NCBI GenBank assembly: GCA_903899375.1
Contig: CAIUIT010000081.1
Span: forward strand, 1-63,060
Length of the DNA stretch: 63,060 nucleotides
Reading direction: 5' to 3'
From: an uncultured Actinomycetes bacterium
Lineage (GTDB): Bacteria > Actinomycetota > Actinomycetes > Nanopelagicales > Nanopelagicaceae
Shown in pieces: positions 28,932 through 39,641 of this stretch. The notes under the pieces were generated by a model. The model saw only the letters and a program-made list of their open reading frames with translations. It had not been told where the DNA came from and did no database searches. The translations under genes and the position numbers were made by a program. Each line of letters starts with the position of its first letter. Positions within the stretch are counted from its first letter, which is position 1.

Positions 28932-31900
28932 GTGTCGCAGAAATCCAATTTCGTCCATCTCCATGTCCACACCGAGTATTCGATGTTGGATGGTGCCGCG
29001 CGCGTTGAAGAGTTGGTCAAAGAGGTAGCTAGACAAGAAATGCCGGCGATCGCGATTACAGATCACGGAAATGTCTTTGGAGCCTTTGAATTCAATAAAC
29101 AGGCTCGTAAAGTTGGCGTCAAACCGATCATCGGAATTGAAGCCTATGTGGCTCCCGAGAGTCGTTTTGATAAAAAACGTGTGAAGTGGGCCGATGGTGG
29201 CGAAGATGATGTTTCGGGTGGTGGTGCATACACCCACATGACCTTGCTCGCTGAAAATAATGTGGGGCTCTCTAATCTTTTCAAACTTTCCTCATTGGCA
29301 TCTCTTGAAGGTTTTTATTACAAGCCGCGTATGGATCGAGAATTGCTGGCGAAATATTCGAAGGGCATAATCGCCACAACTGGATGCCCAGGTGGAGAGA
29401 TCCAGACTCGCCTTCGTATGGGCGCCTACAAAGAAGCCATGACTGCTGCCAGCGAGTTGCGAGATATCTTTGGTCCTGAAAACTTCTTCCTTGAAATCAT
29501 GGACCACGGCATTGATGTCGAAAAGAGGGTGAAGGCAGATCTTCTCAAACTCGGTAAAGAGTTGGGGCTTCCACTCTTGGCCACTAACGATTTGCACTAT
29601 ACGAAGAATGAGGATTCCGTTGCTCATGAGGCGCTGCTCTGCGTGCAATCGGGGTCAACGATGGCCGATCCCAAGAGATTTAAATTCGATAACGATGAGT
29701 TTTACCTCAAGAGCGCCTCGCAGATGCGTGAACTCTTCAAGGACTTTCCAGAGAGTTGTGATAACACCTTATTGATTGCCGAGCGCTGCAATGTGACGCT
29801 TCGCGAAGGCGAAAACCTACTGCCTCAATTTGAAGTACCTGCTGGTGAAAGTGAAGATTCTTGGTTGACCAAACTTTCGAATCTTGGGCTGGCGCAACGT
29901 ATGAATGGTGATGTAGCCGCCGCGTACCAAGAACGTCTGGACTATGAACTGAGCGTCATGATCAAGATGGGCTTTCCTGGATACTTCCTCGTTGTTTCAG
30001 ATCTCTGTGCTCATGCACGTGAGGTAGGAATTCGCGTAGGTCCAGGTCGTGGTTCTGCAGCTGGCTCCTTAGTCTCGTACGCGCTTGGGATCACGGCGCT
30101 CGATCCGATCAAGCATGGCCTGCTCTTCGAGCGCTTCCTTAATCCAGAGCGTATTTCTATGCCAGATATCGACCTAGATTTCGACGAGCGACGTCGCTCC
30201 GAGATGATTGCTTATGCGACCAATAAGTATGGTGAAGATCGAGTTGCGCAGATCATTACCTATAGCAACATAAAGTCGAAGCAGGCACTTAAAGATGCCA
30301 CCCGCGTCTTGGGCTATCCCTATGCCATCGGCGACAAAATTACCAAGACGCTCCCACCGACCATTATGGGCAAAGACATCACACTCTCTGGCATCTTTGA
30401 CCCAAAGAATGATCGGTATGGTGAGGCTGGCGAATTTCGCACGGTCTATGAGACTGATAGTGATGCAAAACGAATCGTGGATACCGCGCGCGGTCTAGAA
30501 GGACTCAAGCGTCAGTGGGGAGTACACGCAGCTGGAGTAATCCTGAGCAAAGAGCCATTGCTTGAAGTGATTCCCATTCACCGCCGCGAATCCGATGGCG
30601 CCATCATTACCCAATTCGATATGGGCGCGTGCGAAGCAACAGGTCTACTCAAGATGGATTTTCTCGGCTTGCGCAACCTTTCAGTTCTCGATGATTGCCT
30701 TATAAATATCAAGAAGAATCAAGGGATCGATGTAGATCTTTCGGTACTCACCTTGGATGATCCCAAGACCTTTGAACTTCTGGGCAAGGGAGAGACGCTA
30801 GGGGTCTTTCAGCTCGATGGTGGCCCGATGCGAGCGTTGCTTCGTCAGATGGCACCCGATTCTTTTGAAGATATCTCAGCGGTGATTGCGCTCTATCGTC
30901 CGGGTCCGATGGGCGTCAATGCACATACTGACTACGCCGATCGAAAGAATGGCCGCAAGCCAGTGGAGCCGATTCATGAAGAGTTGTCTGAACCGCTCTC
31001 TGAAATTCTGGGCGATACATATGGTTTGATCGTTTACCAGGAACAGGTGATGGCTATTGCGCAGAAGGTTGCCGGCTTCTCGCTGGGACGCGCTGACTTA
31101 TTGCGCAAAGCAATGGGCAAGAAGAACAAAGAGATCCTTGATAAAGAGTATGTAAATTTCGAAGCAGGAATGGTAACTGGCGGTTTCGGTAAGAACGCTA
31201 TCAAGAAACTCTGGGATACCCTGATTCCCTTCTCGGACTATGCATTCAACAGAGCGCACTCTGCTGGTTATGGCCTGGTCTCGTACTGGACCGCCTACTT
31301 AAAGGCGAATTTCCCTACGGAATATATGGCCGCGCTCTTGACGAGCGTGCGCGATGATAAAGATAAGAGTGCGCTCTACCTCAACGAATGTCGTCGCATG
31401 GGAATTAAGGTCTTGCCACCGGACGTCAACGAGTCAGCATCTGATTACACCCCCCTTGAGATGGACATCCGTTTTGGATTGACTGCAATTCGCAATGTCG
31501 GGGAAAATGTTGTTTCGTCTATCGTGGCCAACCGAGCCAGCAAGGGTCGATATCTTTCTTTTGGTGATTTCCTGGCAAAGGTAGATCAACAGGTCTGTAA
31601 TAAGAAGACGATCGAATCTCTTATCAAAGCAGGAGCATTTGATTCTCTAGGGGCCACCCGACGTGGATTGATGATGGTTTACCTTGAAGCGATCGATTCG
31701 GTGAGTGAGGCAAAGCGGGCCGAGGCAATTGGTCAATTCGATCTCTTCGGCAGTACCGACAGTACGGCGTCGACCAGCGTAAGCGATGTTGAACTCGATA
31801 TCCCAAAGGATGAATGGGATAAGAATCTGCTCTTAAGCTATGAGCGCGAAATGCTGGGTCTCTACGTCTCTGACCACCCACTTCTTGGCATCGAGCATGT

Positions 31901-32450
31901 CCTGCGCGCGGCAGTTGATATGCCACTCTCACAGATTGCTGAAGATTCGGTAGGGCATGAGCAGATCGTCACCATTGGTGGATTAATTACTCAGATTCAA
32001 CGCAAAGTATCTAAGCAAGGTAATTCTTGGGCGATCGTCTCGATCGAGGATTTGGAAGGAGCGGTCGACGTCCTCTTCTTTGCGACCACCTATCAGACCC
32101 ACGCGATGAACTTGATGGAAGATCGTGTGATTGTTGTGCGAGGAAGAATCGATAAGCGGGAAGAAGCACCGCGGATTACAGCTCTCGAAATGACAATTCC
32201 AGATGTCTCTGGCGCTCCGACCGGACCGCTTGTCATCACAATCGATGCAACTCGAGTGACACCGCCTCTCGTCGACCGGATGAAGGAAATCTTGCGCTCC
32301 CATCCGGGCCCGCGTGAGGTGCATCTAAAACTCGATGATGGAAATAAGGGCTTGGTCATGAAGATTGATGATGATTTGCGCGTGACCGCTTCGCCGAGTT
32401 TGAGTGCAGATCTAAAATCAGTTCTCGGACCCGACTGCCTCGTTTCCTAG
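28932..32450 (+). CDS. dnaE: DNA polymerase III alpha subunit (replicative DnaE1)
   Basis: 1172 aa with a PHP domain (HLHVHTEYSMLDGA), palm/fingers motifs (GPGRGSAAGS, PDIDLDF, YRPGPM) and a C-terminal OB fold with extension. Confidence 0.96.
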   Translation: MSQKSNFVHLHVHTEYSMLDGAARVEELVKEVARQEMPAIAITDHGNVFGAFEFNKQARKVGVKPIIGIEAYVAPESRFDKKRVKWADGGEDDVSGGGAYTHMTLLAENNVGLSNLFKLSSLASLEGFYYKPRMDRELLAKYSKGIIATTGCPGGEIQTRLRMGAYKEAMTAASELRDIFGPENFFLEIMDHGIDVEKRVKADLLKLGKELGLPLLATNDLHYTKNEDSVAHEALLCVQSGSTMADPKRFKFDNDEFYLKSASQMRELFKDFPESCDNTLLIAERCNVTLREGENLLPQFEVPAGESEDSWLTKLSNLGLAQRMNGDVAAAYQERLDYELSVMIKMGFPGYFLVVSDLCAHAREVGIRVGPGRGSAAGSLVSYALGITALDPIKHGLLFERFLNPERISMPDIDLDFDERRRSEMIAYATNKYGEDRVAQIITYSNIKSKQALKDATRVLGYPYAIGDKITKTLPPTIMGKDITLSGIFDPKNDRYGEAGEFRTVYETDSDAKRIVDTARGLEGLKRQWGVHAAGVILSKEPLLEVIPIHRRESDGAIITQFDMGACEATGLLKMDFLGLRNLSVLDDCLINIKKNQGIDVDLSVLTLDDPKTFELLGKGETLGVFQLDGGPMRALLRQMAPDSFEDISAVIALYRPGPMGVNAHTDYADRKNGRKPVEPIHEELSEPLSEILGDTYGLIVYQEQVMAIAQKVAGFSLGRADLLRKAMGKKNKEILDKEYVNFEAGMVTGGFGKNAIKKLWDTLIPFSDYAFNRAHSAGYGLVSYWTAYLKANFPTEYMAALLTSVRDDKDKSALYLNECRRMGIKVLPPDVNESASDYTPLEMDIRFGLTAIRNVGENVVSSIVANRASKGRYLSFGDFLAKVDQQVCNKKTIESLIKAGAFDSLGATRRGLMMVYLEAIDSVSEAKRAEAIGQFDLFGSTDSTASTSVSDVELDIPKDEWDKNLLLSYEREMLGLYVSDHPLLGIEHVLRAAVDMPLSQIAEDSVGHEQIVTIGGLITQIQRKVSKQGNSWAIVSIEDLEGAVDVLFFATTYQTHAMNLMEDRVIVVRGRIDKREEAPRITALEMTIPDVSGAPTGPLVITIDATRVTPPLVDRMKEILRSHPGPREVHLKLDDGNKGLVMKIDDDLRVTASPSLSADLKSVLGPDCLVS

Positions 32451-32503
32451 CCCAGAAGGGATATTAGGTCACGGCTCACCTCGCCACGCTTTAGAATAAA
32501 GAG

Positions 32504-33829
32504 GTGAATTCTGATATCGCCATCCCCTTCATAGATCTGCGCGGGAAGACACTTTCCAAGGCTCAGTATAAGAAAGCTATTCCGCGTGCAAAACTCGATG
32601 TAGCGCATGCTATGGCGGCAGTTGAACCAATACTTGACCGAGTAAAAAATGGGGATGAATCAACTCTCAAAGAGTTGGCCCTCGAGTTTGATGCAATTTC
32701 TCCAGCACATGTTCGAGTGCCTCGCAGCGCCATTGTTGAAGCGCTCGCAGAGTTGGATCCTTCTGTAAAGATTGCTTTAGAAATTTCTATCGGTCGCATC
32801 CGCACCGTTCATGAATCCCAAGCTCGCAGTGCAGAGCGGATAGATGTCGTTGCAGGCGCTAGTGTCACGCAGCGATGGATTCCAGTGGATCGCGTAGGGC
32901 TATATGTTCCAGGCGGAAATGCTGTCTATCCGAGTTCGGTGTTGATGAATGTTATTCCAGCACAGATAGCGCGAGTTCCCAGCATTGCGGTGGCCTCACC
33001 GCCACAGCGTGAATTTGATGGTCTTCCGCATCCAACAATTCTCGCCGCATGTGCTCTCTTAGGAATCTATGAGGTTTATGCCGTAGGGGGAGCTCAAGCA
33101 ATTGCGATGTTCGCCTATGGAGTCGACGGCCTCTGCGAGCCAGTAGATCTTGTTACAGGACCTGGAAATGTTTACGTGGCCGCAGCTAAGCGCGCGCTGC
33201 GCGGTTTGATTGCCATTGACTCAGAAGCTGGACCTACTGAGATAGGAATACTCGCAGATGAGACCGCCTTGGCCAGCGATGTTGCCGCTGATTTGATGAG
33301 TCAAGCAGAGCACGATGTCAACGCAGCTGCAGTCCTGGTGACGACATCAATGGCACTTGCAGATCAGGTGAAGGTTGAACTGGCACGTCGTGTTGAACTC
33401 ACCCGACATTCGGAACGGATACGCTCTGCACTTACCGGTGTGCAATCCGCAATTGTGCTCGTTGACTCCATTAAGCAGGGTATCGATGTTATGAACGGTT
33501 ATGCAGCCGAGCATCTTGAGCTTCACGTAAAGGACACGGAGGCAGTTGCCTCCGAGATTCGAAATGCAGGTGCTGTCTTTCTTGGAAGATTCGCTCCGGT
33601 ATCTCTGGGGGATTACTCCGCCGGGTCCAATCATGTTCTTCCGACAGCTGGATGCGCCTGTCACTCGAGCGGGCTATCAGTGCAAACATTTCTGAAGGGC
33701 GTCAACTTTATTGAGTATGACGAGAGCTCGTTTATGGATATTGCCGCCACGGTAATTACACTCGCCAACGCAGAGGATTTGCCGGCTCACGGCGAAGCGA
33801 TGAGCGCACGTTTTGAGGAGAAGAACTGA
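32504..33829 (+). CDS. hisD: Histidinol dehydrogenase
   Basis: 441 aa with GGAQAIA, GPGNVYV and SQAEHD motifs. First gene of the his cluster. Confidence 0.93.
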   Translation: MNSDIAIPFIDLRGKTLSKAQYKKAIPRAKLDVAHAMAAVEPILDRVKNGDESTLKELALEFDAISPAHVRVPRSAIVEALAELDPSVKIALEISIGRIRTVHESQARSAERIDVVAGASVTQRWIPVDRVGLYVPGGNAVYPSSVLMNVIPAQIARVPSIAVASPPQREFDGLPHPTILAACALLGIYEVYAVGGAQAIAMFAYGVDGLCEPVDLVTGPGNVYVAAAKRALRGLIAIDSEAGPTEIGILADETALASDVAADLMSQAEHDVNAAAVLVTTSMALADQVKVELARRVELTRHSERIRSALTGVQSAIVLVDSIKQGIDVMNGYAAEHLELHVKDTEAVASEIRNAGAVFLGRFAPVSLGDYSAGSNHVLPTAGCACHSSGLSVQTFLKGVNFIEYDESSFMDIAATVITLANAEDLPAHGEAMSARFEEKN

Positions 33830-34932
33830 TGGTTCAATCACAATGGCCGTACTGGTTACCGCTGCGCAGCGATCTACGAAATATCTCACCCTATGGAGCG
33901 CCACAGATTGAAGGCGTTATTGCGCTCAATACCAACGAAAACCCCTTCCCGCTTCCCGGTGAAGTCGCAGAAGCGATGTCGATCCGACTCAATGCGGTAA
34001 TTGGGAACCTCAACCGTTATCCGGATCGGGATGCTCACGGACTTCGCCAGAAGTTGGCGCATTACATCACGCAAAGCACTGGCGTAGAAGTGAGTGAAGA
34101 GAATGTTTGGGCTGCTAACGGCTCGAACGAAATTTTGCAAACACTCTTTCTTGCATGCGGGGGAGCGGATCACCTCTCGCTGGGATTTATTCCTTCTTAT
34201 TCTGTCCACCCACTTATTGCACAAATTACCAAGACACCGTGGTTTGCTGGAAGCCGGGATGAAGATTTTGGAATAGATATCGCCAAGGCGAAGAAGTTAA
34301 TTCGCGACAAGTCTCCACACCTGGTCTTTGTTACGACTCCTAATAATCCTTCCGGGAGTTCGACTTCTATCGCCGACCTTAAGGAGCTCGCTGAAGCGAC
34401 TGGTTCGGTAGGGGGGCTTTTCATTGTGGATGAGGCTTACGCTGAATTTTCTGAAGAGCCATCAGCCGTAACGCTGCTGGCCGATTTTCCTCACGTAGTT
34501 GTTGTGCGCACCATGAGTAAGGCCTTCGCTTTCGCAGGAGCGCGCACTGGATACTTGATTGCCAAGCCTGCCGTAGTTCATGCTTCGTTACTTACTCGTT
34601 TGCCCTACCACCTCAGCGCTTTGACGCAAGCGGCTGCAGAGACCGCATTAGAGTTTGCCCCAGCGATGCAGTCTGAGATTGAACTTCTGATAACCGAGCG
34701 CGAGCGTGTAGCGAATGCAATCACTGAAGTTGGATATCGAGTTGTTCCAAGTTCGGCCAACTTCCTTCTCTTCGGAGGCTTCTCTGGAGAGTCGAGCGCT
34801 ATTTGGCAGGCATTTCTGGAGCGCGGAATTTTGATTCGAGATATTGGACTACGTGGATTCTTGCGCGTAACGATAGGAACCCCAGCTGAAAATACCCAAT
34901 TCATCGCAGTCCTCCACAAAATTGCGGAATAA
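33829..34932 (+). CDS. hisC: Histidinol-phosphate aminotransferase
   Basis: Class II aminotransferase with the PLP lysine in RTMSKAFAFAG and an NPSG motif. Cluster position. Confidence 0.92.
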   Translation: MVQSQWPYWLPLRSDLRNISPYGAPQIEGVIALNTNENPFPLPGEVAEAMSIRLNAVIGNLNRYPDRDAHGLRQKLAHYITQSTGVEVSEENVWAANGSNEILQTLFLACGGADHLSLGFIPSYSVHPLIAQITKTPWFAGSRDEDFGIDIAKAKKLIRDKSPHLVFVTTPNNPSGSSTSIADLKELAEATGSVGGLFIVDEAYAEFSEEPSAVTLLADFPHVVVVRTMSKAFAFAGARTGYLIAKPAVVHASLLTRLPYHLSALTQAAAETALEFAPAMQSEIELLITERERVANAITEVGYRVVPSSANFLLFGGFSGESSAIWQAFLERGILIRDIGLRGFLRVTIGTPAENTQFIAVLHKIAE

Positions 34933-34959
34933 TTCCCCCTCTACCGAAGGAAGAACCCA

Positions 34960-35553
34960 ATGGCTAATCCGCGCAGCGCTACCGTAAAACGCCAGACCAA
35001 AGAGTCTGACGTCTTTGTACAATTAAATCTTGATGGCTCTGGCCTCATTGATATTCAAACTGGCGTTCCTTTCTTTGAGCACATGCTCTCTCAACTCGGG
35101 AAGCATGCCGGGTTCGATCTCACGGTGAAGACCACTGGTGATGTGGATGTCGATTCGCACCACACCGTTGAAGATACCTCGCTCGCCTTCGGTCAAGCGT
35201 TACGCGAAGCGCTAGGAGATAAAGCTGGGATACGTCGATTCGGTGATGCGATGGTTCCGCTCGATGAAGTTCTCGTGCAGGCCGCGGTGGATCTCTCCGG
35301 CCGTCCCTACCTCGTTCATCGCCAGCCCGAGATCGTTGAGCTAATTGGTACATTCGATACAACCTTGGGGCGTCACATTTGGGAATCGATCGTGGCAGAG
35401 GCGCGCATTGCCTTGCATATCCGAGTCCTCGAGGGCCGAAATGCTCATCACGTCTTTGAGGCGCAATTCAAAGCGGTTGCTAGAGCTCTGCGCGATGCCG
35501 TAGCGATTGATGGTCGCACGACTGGCATTCCATCCACAAAGGGCTCTCTTTGA
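34960..35553 (+). CDS. hisB: Imidazoleglycerol-phosphate dehydratase
   Basis: 197 aa with DSHHTVEDTSLAFG and HH..E motifs. Monofunctional form. Confidence 0.93.
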   Translation: MANPRSATVKRQTKESDVFVQLNLDGSGLIDIQTGVPFFEHMLSQLGKHAGFDLTVKTTGDVDVDSHHTVEDTSLAFGQALREALGDKAGIRRFGDAMVPLDEVLVQAAVDLSGRPYLVHRQPEIVELIGTFDTTLGRHIWESIVAEARIALHIRVLEGRNAHHVFEAQFKAVARALRDAVAIDGRTTGIPSTKGSL

Positions 35554-36146
35554 TCGCAATTTTGGATTACGGTTCTGGAAATCTCAGATCGGCACAGCGT
35601 GCATTCGCACTGACGGGCCACGAGACGATCGTTACCTCTGATCCAAATATTTGTCTCGCCAGTGAAGGTTTAGTTGTCCCCGGAGTTGGTGCTTACGGTG
35701 CATGCATGGAGCAATTAATTGCCGCAGGTGGTCGTGCGATTATTGACGCTAGAGTAGCTGCACAAAAACCGATGATTGGAATCTGTGTCGGCATGCAGAT
35801 TCTTTTTACTAACGGTACCGAAAAAGACGGCCACGATGGTCTCGGAATTTTCGCCGGCGAGGTCAATCAGATTAATGCACCGATCTTGCCTCATATTGGC
35901 TGGAACAATGTGCACTCTGAGCCTTCGTCCATTCTCTTTCAAGGGTTGCAGGACGAATCTTTTTACTTCGTCCACTCCTTTGCTGCGAAGAGCGCTGTTG
36001 CAGATGCAAGCAATAGTTGGTGTACCTATGGCGAAGAATTCCTCTCTGCAGTGGAGCGCGGTCCCGTGAGCGCAGTGCAATTTCATCCCGAGAAGAGCGG
36101 CGCTGTTGGAGCGCGACTCATATCTAATTGGGCGGAGACCTTATGA
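35550..36146 (+). CDS. hisH: Imidazole glycerol phosphate synthase, glutaminase subunit
   Basis: Class I amidotransferase with the nucleophile Cys in GICVGMQIL and FHPEKS near the C-terminus. TTGA overlap with hisB. Confidence 0.92.
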   Translation: MIAILDYGSGNLRSAQRAFALTGHETIVTSDPNICLASEGLVVPGVGAYGACMEQLIAAGGRAIIDARVAAQKPMIGICVGMQILFTNGTEKDGHDGLGIFAGEVNQINAPILPHIGWNNVHSEPSSILFQGLQDESFYFVHSFAAKSAVADASNSWCTYGEEFLSAVERGPVSAVQFHPEKSGAVGARLISNWAETL

Positions 36147-36871
36147 TCAAAAAATTGGAATTGCTGCCTGCCATTGATGTAAAAGATGGCCTAGCCGTGC
36201 GATTGGTACAGGGTGAATTATCTGCGACGAGCAAGTACGGAGCACCTTTAGAAGTTGCAGCAGAATTTGTGGCAGCAGGAGCCGAGTGGATACATCTCGT
36301 TGATTTAGATGCAGCATTTGGAACTGGAAGTAATGCCGCTCTACTGGAGAGCGTTATTAAGAGCGTTAATCTCAAGGTTGAACTCTCAGGTGGCATTAGG
36401 GATGACGAATCCCTTCGCCGGGCGCTGGCGACTGGATGTACTCGCGTAAACCTCGGAACCGCAGCCCTGGAAAACCCGGATTGGACCGCCAAAGTTATTG
36501 CTGAATTTGGAGAGCGAATCGCTGTCGGTCTTGATGTGCGCGGCCATACCCTCGCCGCTCGCGGTTGGACGCAGGAAGGTGGCAATCTCTTTGAGACGCT
36601 CGAACGCTTAGAGCGTGATGGTTGCTCTAGGTACATCGTGACCGATGTCGCCAAGGATGGAACGCTCCAGGGTCCAAATCTTGAACTGCTCCGCGAAGTC
36701 TGCGCCGCTACCAATAAACCCGTTGTCGCGAGTGGAGGAGTCTCTAGTTTGGAAGACCTCATCGCGATTCGGGCGCTTACTGAGATCGGTGTTGAAGGAG
36801 CGATCGTTGGTAAGGCGCTTTATGCCGGTGCATTCACGCTGCCGCAAGCTCTTGAGGTGGCAAACCGATGA
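36143..36871 (+). CDS. hisA: ProFAR isomerase HisA; probably the bifunctional HisA/TrpF (PriA) type of Actinobacteria
   Basis: [11 protein letters not shown]-terminus, (beta/alpha)8 repeats and [12 protein letters not shown]. The ATG at 36143 gives an ATGA overlap with hisH. The PriA assignment is an inference, because no trpF lies in the adjacent trp cluster. Confidence 0.88.
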   Translation: MIKKLELLPAIDVKDGLAVRLVQGELSATSKYGAPLEVAAEFVAAGAEWIHLVDLDAAFGTGSNAALLESVIKSVNLKVELSGGIRDDESLRRALATGCTRVNLGTAALENPDWTAKVIAEFGERIAVGLDVRGHTLAARGWTQEGGNLFETLERLERDGCSRYIVTDVAKDGTLQGPNLELLREVCAATNKPVVASGGVSSLEDLIAIRALTEIGVEGAIVGKALYAGAFTLPQALEVANR

Positions 36872-37629
36872 CATTATCCAAGCGCGTCATTCCCTGTCTA
36901 GATGTTGCAGGGGGCCGTGTAGTCAAAGGTGTAAATTTTCAAAACCTTGTCGATGCTGGTGACCCGGTTGAGTTAGCAAAGATTTATGGGAATGCTGGAG
37001 CTGATGAACTAACCTTTCTCGATATCTCTGCATCGACAGAAGAACGTTCAACAACCCTAGATATGGTTTCACGTACCGCCGAGCAGGTTTTTATCCCACT
37101 GACTGTCGGAGGGGGTATTCGCGAGGTGGCGGATGTCGATCGACTGCTCCGTGCAGGTGCAGATAAAGTCGGAGTAAATACAGCTGCAATAGCGAGACCT
37201 GCGCTCATCAACGAGATTGCGGATAGATTTGGTGATCAAGTTTTAGTGCTCTCTGTAGATGCTCGTCGCGGATCGACGGCATCTGGTTTTGAAGTAACAA
37301 CCCATGGCGGGCGAACAGGTACAGGGATTGATGCATTTACTTGGATTGAAGAAGCCACTAAGCGGGGTGTTGGTGAAATCCTCCTCAACTCTATGGATGC
37401 CGACGGCACCAGGGCTGGTTATGACATTGACATGATTCGCAAGGTGCGCGAAATAACCTCCGTCCCTTTGATTGCCAGTGGCGGAGCGGGCGCTCTCGAA
37501 GATTTTTCGCAGGCCCTAGCAGCGGGAGCCGATGCCCTCCTGGCGGCGAGCGTCTTTCATTTTCAGACCTTTACGATAAGCCAGGTTAAAGAGGATCTCG
37601 CGCGCCATGGATATCCGGTACGCCGTTAG
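36868..37629 (+). CDS. hisF: Imidazole glycerol phosphate synthase, cyclase subunit
   Basis: [22 protein letters not shown] and ASGGAG motifs. Confidence 0.94.
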   Translation: MTLSKRVIPCLDVAGGRVVKGVNFQNLVDAGDPVELAKIYGNAGADELTFLDISASTEERSTTLDMVSRTAEQVFIPLTVGGGIREVADVDRLLRAGADKVGVNTAAIARPALINEIADRFGDQVLVLSVDARRGSTASGFEVTTHGGRTGTGIDAFTWIEEATKRGVGEILLNSMDADGTRAGYDIDMIRKVREITSVPLIASGGAGALEDFSQALAAGADALLAASVFHFQTFTISQVKEDLARHGYPVRR

Positions 37630-37653
37630 TAACGGTTAAGGCAGAATAGCTCC

Positions 37654-37989
37654 GTGGATATCCCAGTTGAAGTCGCAGCACGCCTTGCAGAAGGAGCGCT
37701 GGTAGCGGCGATTGCGCAAGATTCGACCACTGGAGAAGTTCTTATGTTGGCCTGGATGAATGAGCAAGCGCTCCGACAGACGCTCACCACAGGGCGTGTT
37801 ACGTACTGGAGTCGGAGTCGAAACCAACTCTGGACCAAGGGCGAGAGTTCGGGACACACTCAAAAATTGATCAGCGCTAGCTATGACTGCGATGGAGATG
37901 CCCTCTTGCTTCAGGTTGAGCAGATAGGCGCCGCCTGTCACACCGGTGAGCGCAGTTGTTTTTTCCGCGAGTTTGGGGTGGAAGCGTGA
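37654..37989 (+). CDS. hisI: Phosphoribosyl-AMP cyclohydrolase (monofunctional)
   Basis: 111 aa with [18 protein letters not shown] and [10 protein letters not shown] motifs. There is no fused HisE domain. Confidence 0.92.
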   Translation: MDIPVEVAARLAEGALVAAIAQDSTTGEVLMLAWMNEQALRQTLTTGRVTYWSRSRNQLWTKGESSGHTQKLISASYDCDGDALLLQVEQIGAACHTGERSCFFREFGVEA

Positions 37990-39485
37990 GCCTTCGCTCG
38001 ATGACCATCGAAGAGTTCCGCGTCTATGCCGCGCAATTCAATGTTATTCCTGTCTCCCGACGATATTTAGCCGATAGCCAGACTCCACTTTCCCTCTACA
38101 AAAAATTGGCGCAAGATCGGGCTGGCACTTTTCTTCTCGAATCAGCAGAGCATGGTGGCGTCTGGTCTCGCTATTCGTTTATCGGAATCGAGAGCCTCGC
38201 TACTTTAACCGAGAAGGATGGAAAGGCCACTTGGATTGGCACCGCCCCCTCGGGCGCACCAACTGACATTGACCCATTAGAAGCGCTCAAGATCACCTCG
38301 AAGCACCTGCGCTCACCACACATTCCCCACCTCCCACCGCTGACGGGCGGGTTGGTTGGTTATGCCGGTTATGAAATCGTTCGTCGCCTAGAACGGTTGC
38401 CGTCACTGGCGCAGGACGACCTGCATATTCCGGAAATTGCTTTTATGTTGACCTCGGATCTTGCGGTCTTTGATCACTTCGATGGCACTTTGACATTGAT
38501 TGCTAACGCAATCAATTGGGATGGAAGTACCGAGCGCGTTGACGATGCCTACTTTGATGCGATCGCTCGCCTTGATGCACTCGAACTAAAATTGCAAGCT
38601 CCGAACGATGGGGGAGTGAGTCACCCGCTAGTTGCGAAGAAACCTACTTATCACCGCGATATGAGTTCCGCCGATTACCAAGAGAAGGTGAAGATCCTTC
38701 AGGAAGAAATCCGCGCTGGCGAAGCATTCCAAGTAGTCCTCTCCCAGCGTTTTGTCATGGATGCCACCGCTGATGCCTTTGACATCTATCGCGCGCTGCG
38801 GGCATCGAATCCCAGCCCATACATGTATCTCTTTCGCTTCGCTGATGGACTCTCCGTTGTCGGCTCAAGCCCAGAAGCTCTGGTAAAAATTCATGGCTCA
38901 GATGTGATGATCCATCCGATCGCAGGGACTCGACCTCGTTCTGCCGATCCTGAAGTGGATCACCGCTACGGTGTAGAACTATTAGCCGATCCTAAAGAGC
39001 GCGCTGAGCATCTTATGTTGGTCGATCTGGGACGTAATGATTTAGGAAGAGTCTGCAAACCAGGTAGCGTTGAAGTAATTGAATTTATGCAGGTCGAGCG
39101 CTTCTCTCACGTCATGCATATAGTCTCGACGGTCACAGGTCAGCTCTCTGAAGATTCCAGTGCAGTTGAAGCTCTGCTTGCAGTCTTCCCTGCAGGCACT
39201 CTCTCGGGGGCTCCTAAGCCACGTGCTATGGAAATTATTGAAGAGAACGAACCGACCCGTCGCGGTATTTATGCAGGAACTATTGGTTATCTAGATTTCC
39301 GCGGAAATATTGATACATGTATTGCAATCCGTACAGCCGTTCTTAAGGATGGTAAAGCGTATGTGCAAGCAGGTGCTGGAATCGTTGCCGACTCCGTTCC
39401 TCTCTCGGAAGATCAAGAATGTGAAAATAAGGCAGCAGCCGTTCTAGGTGCAATTGCGACGGCAAATGAAATGCGATCGCTATAG
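37986..39485 (+). CDS. trpE: Anthranilate synthase component I
   Basis: Chorismate-binding motifs ([31 protein letters not shown]). The start is either the GTG at 37986 (GTGA overlap with hisI, GGGGTGGA SD) or the ATG at 38001. The listed 37956 start overlaps hisI unnecessarily. Confidence 0.9.
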   Translation: MSLRSMTIEEFRVYAAQFNVIPVSRRYLADSQTPLSLYKKLAQDRAGTFLLESAEHGGVWSRYSFIGIESLATLTEKDGKATWIGTAPSGAPTDIDPLEALKITSKHLRSPHIPHLPPLTGGLVGYAGYEIVRRLERLPSLAQDDLHIPEIAFMLTSDLAVFDHFDGTLTLIANAINWDGSTERVDDAYFDAIARLDALELKLQAPNDGGVSHPLVAKKPTYHRDMSSADYQEKVKILQEEIRAGEAFQVVLSQRFVMDATADAFDIYRALRASNPSPYMYLFRFADGLSVVGSSPEALVKIHGSDVMIHPIAGTRPRSADPEVDHRYGVELLADPKERAEHLMLVDLGRNDLGRVCKPGSVEVIEFMQVERFSHVMHIVSTVTGQLSEDSSAVEALLAVFPAGTLSGAPKPRAMEIIEENEPTRRGIYAGTIGYLDFRGNIDTCIAIRTAVLKDGKAYVQAGAGIVADSVPLSEDQECENKAAAVLGAIATANEMRSL

Positions 39486-39641
39486 ATGCTGATAGTTAAG
39501 TTAACGATCATCGCTGGACTATTTCTCCTATTTATTTACCTCTCGATACGATTGGCCCGTCGCGGACTCTCCAAACGCTATGAGCCTCGTGCGACGACGC
39601 CATGGAATGCGCTTAACGAAGGAGAGGATCCGTCCGTATGA
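39486..39641 (+). CDS. Unlisted 51-aa small membrane protein between trpE and trpC ([51 protein letters not shown])
   Basis: The ATG directly follows the trpE TAG, and the TGA overlaps the trpC ATG (ATGA). It has one clear TM helix followed by a basic then an acidic tail. The ORF exactly fills the spacer. It is below the 60-aa cutoff of the ORF track. Confidence 0.5.
   Translation: MLIVKLTIIAGLFLLFIYLSIRLARRGLSKRYEPRATTPWNALNEGEDPSV

Noticed and set aside
36124-36762. 212-aa minus-strand ORF covering hisA
   Set aside because: Its Ser/Arg/Pro/Ala-rich composition is typical of antisense frames. It lies entirely within the strongly supported hisA/priA gene and has no motif.
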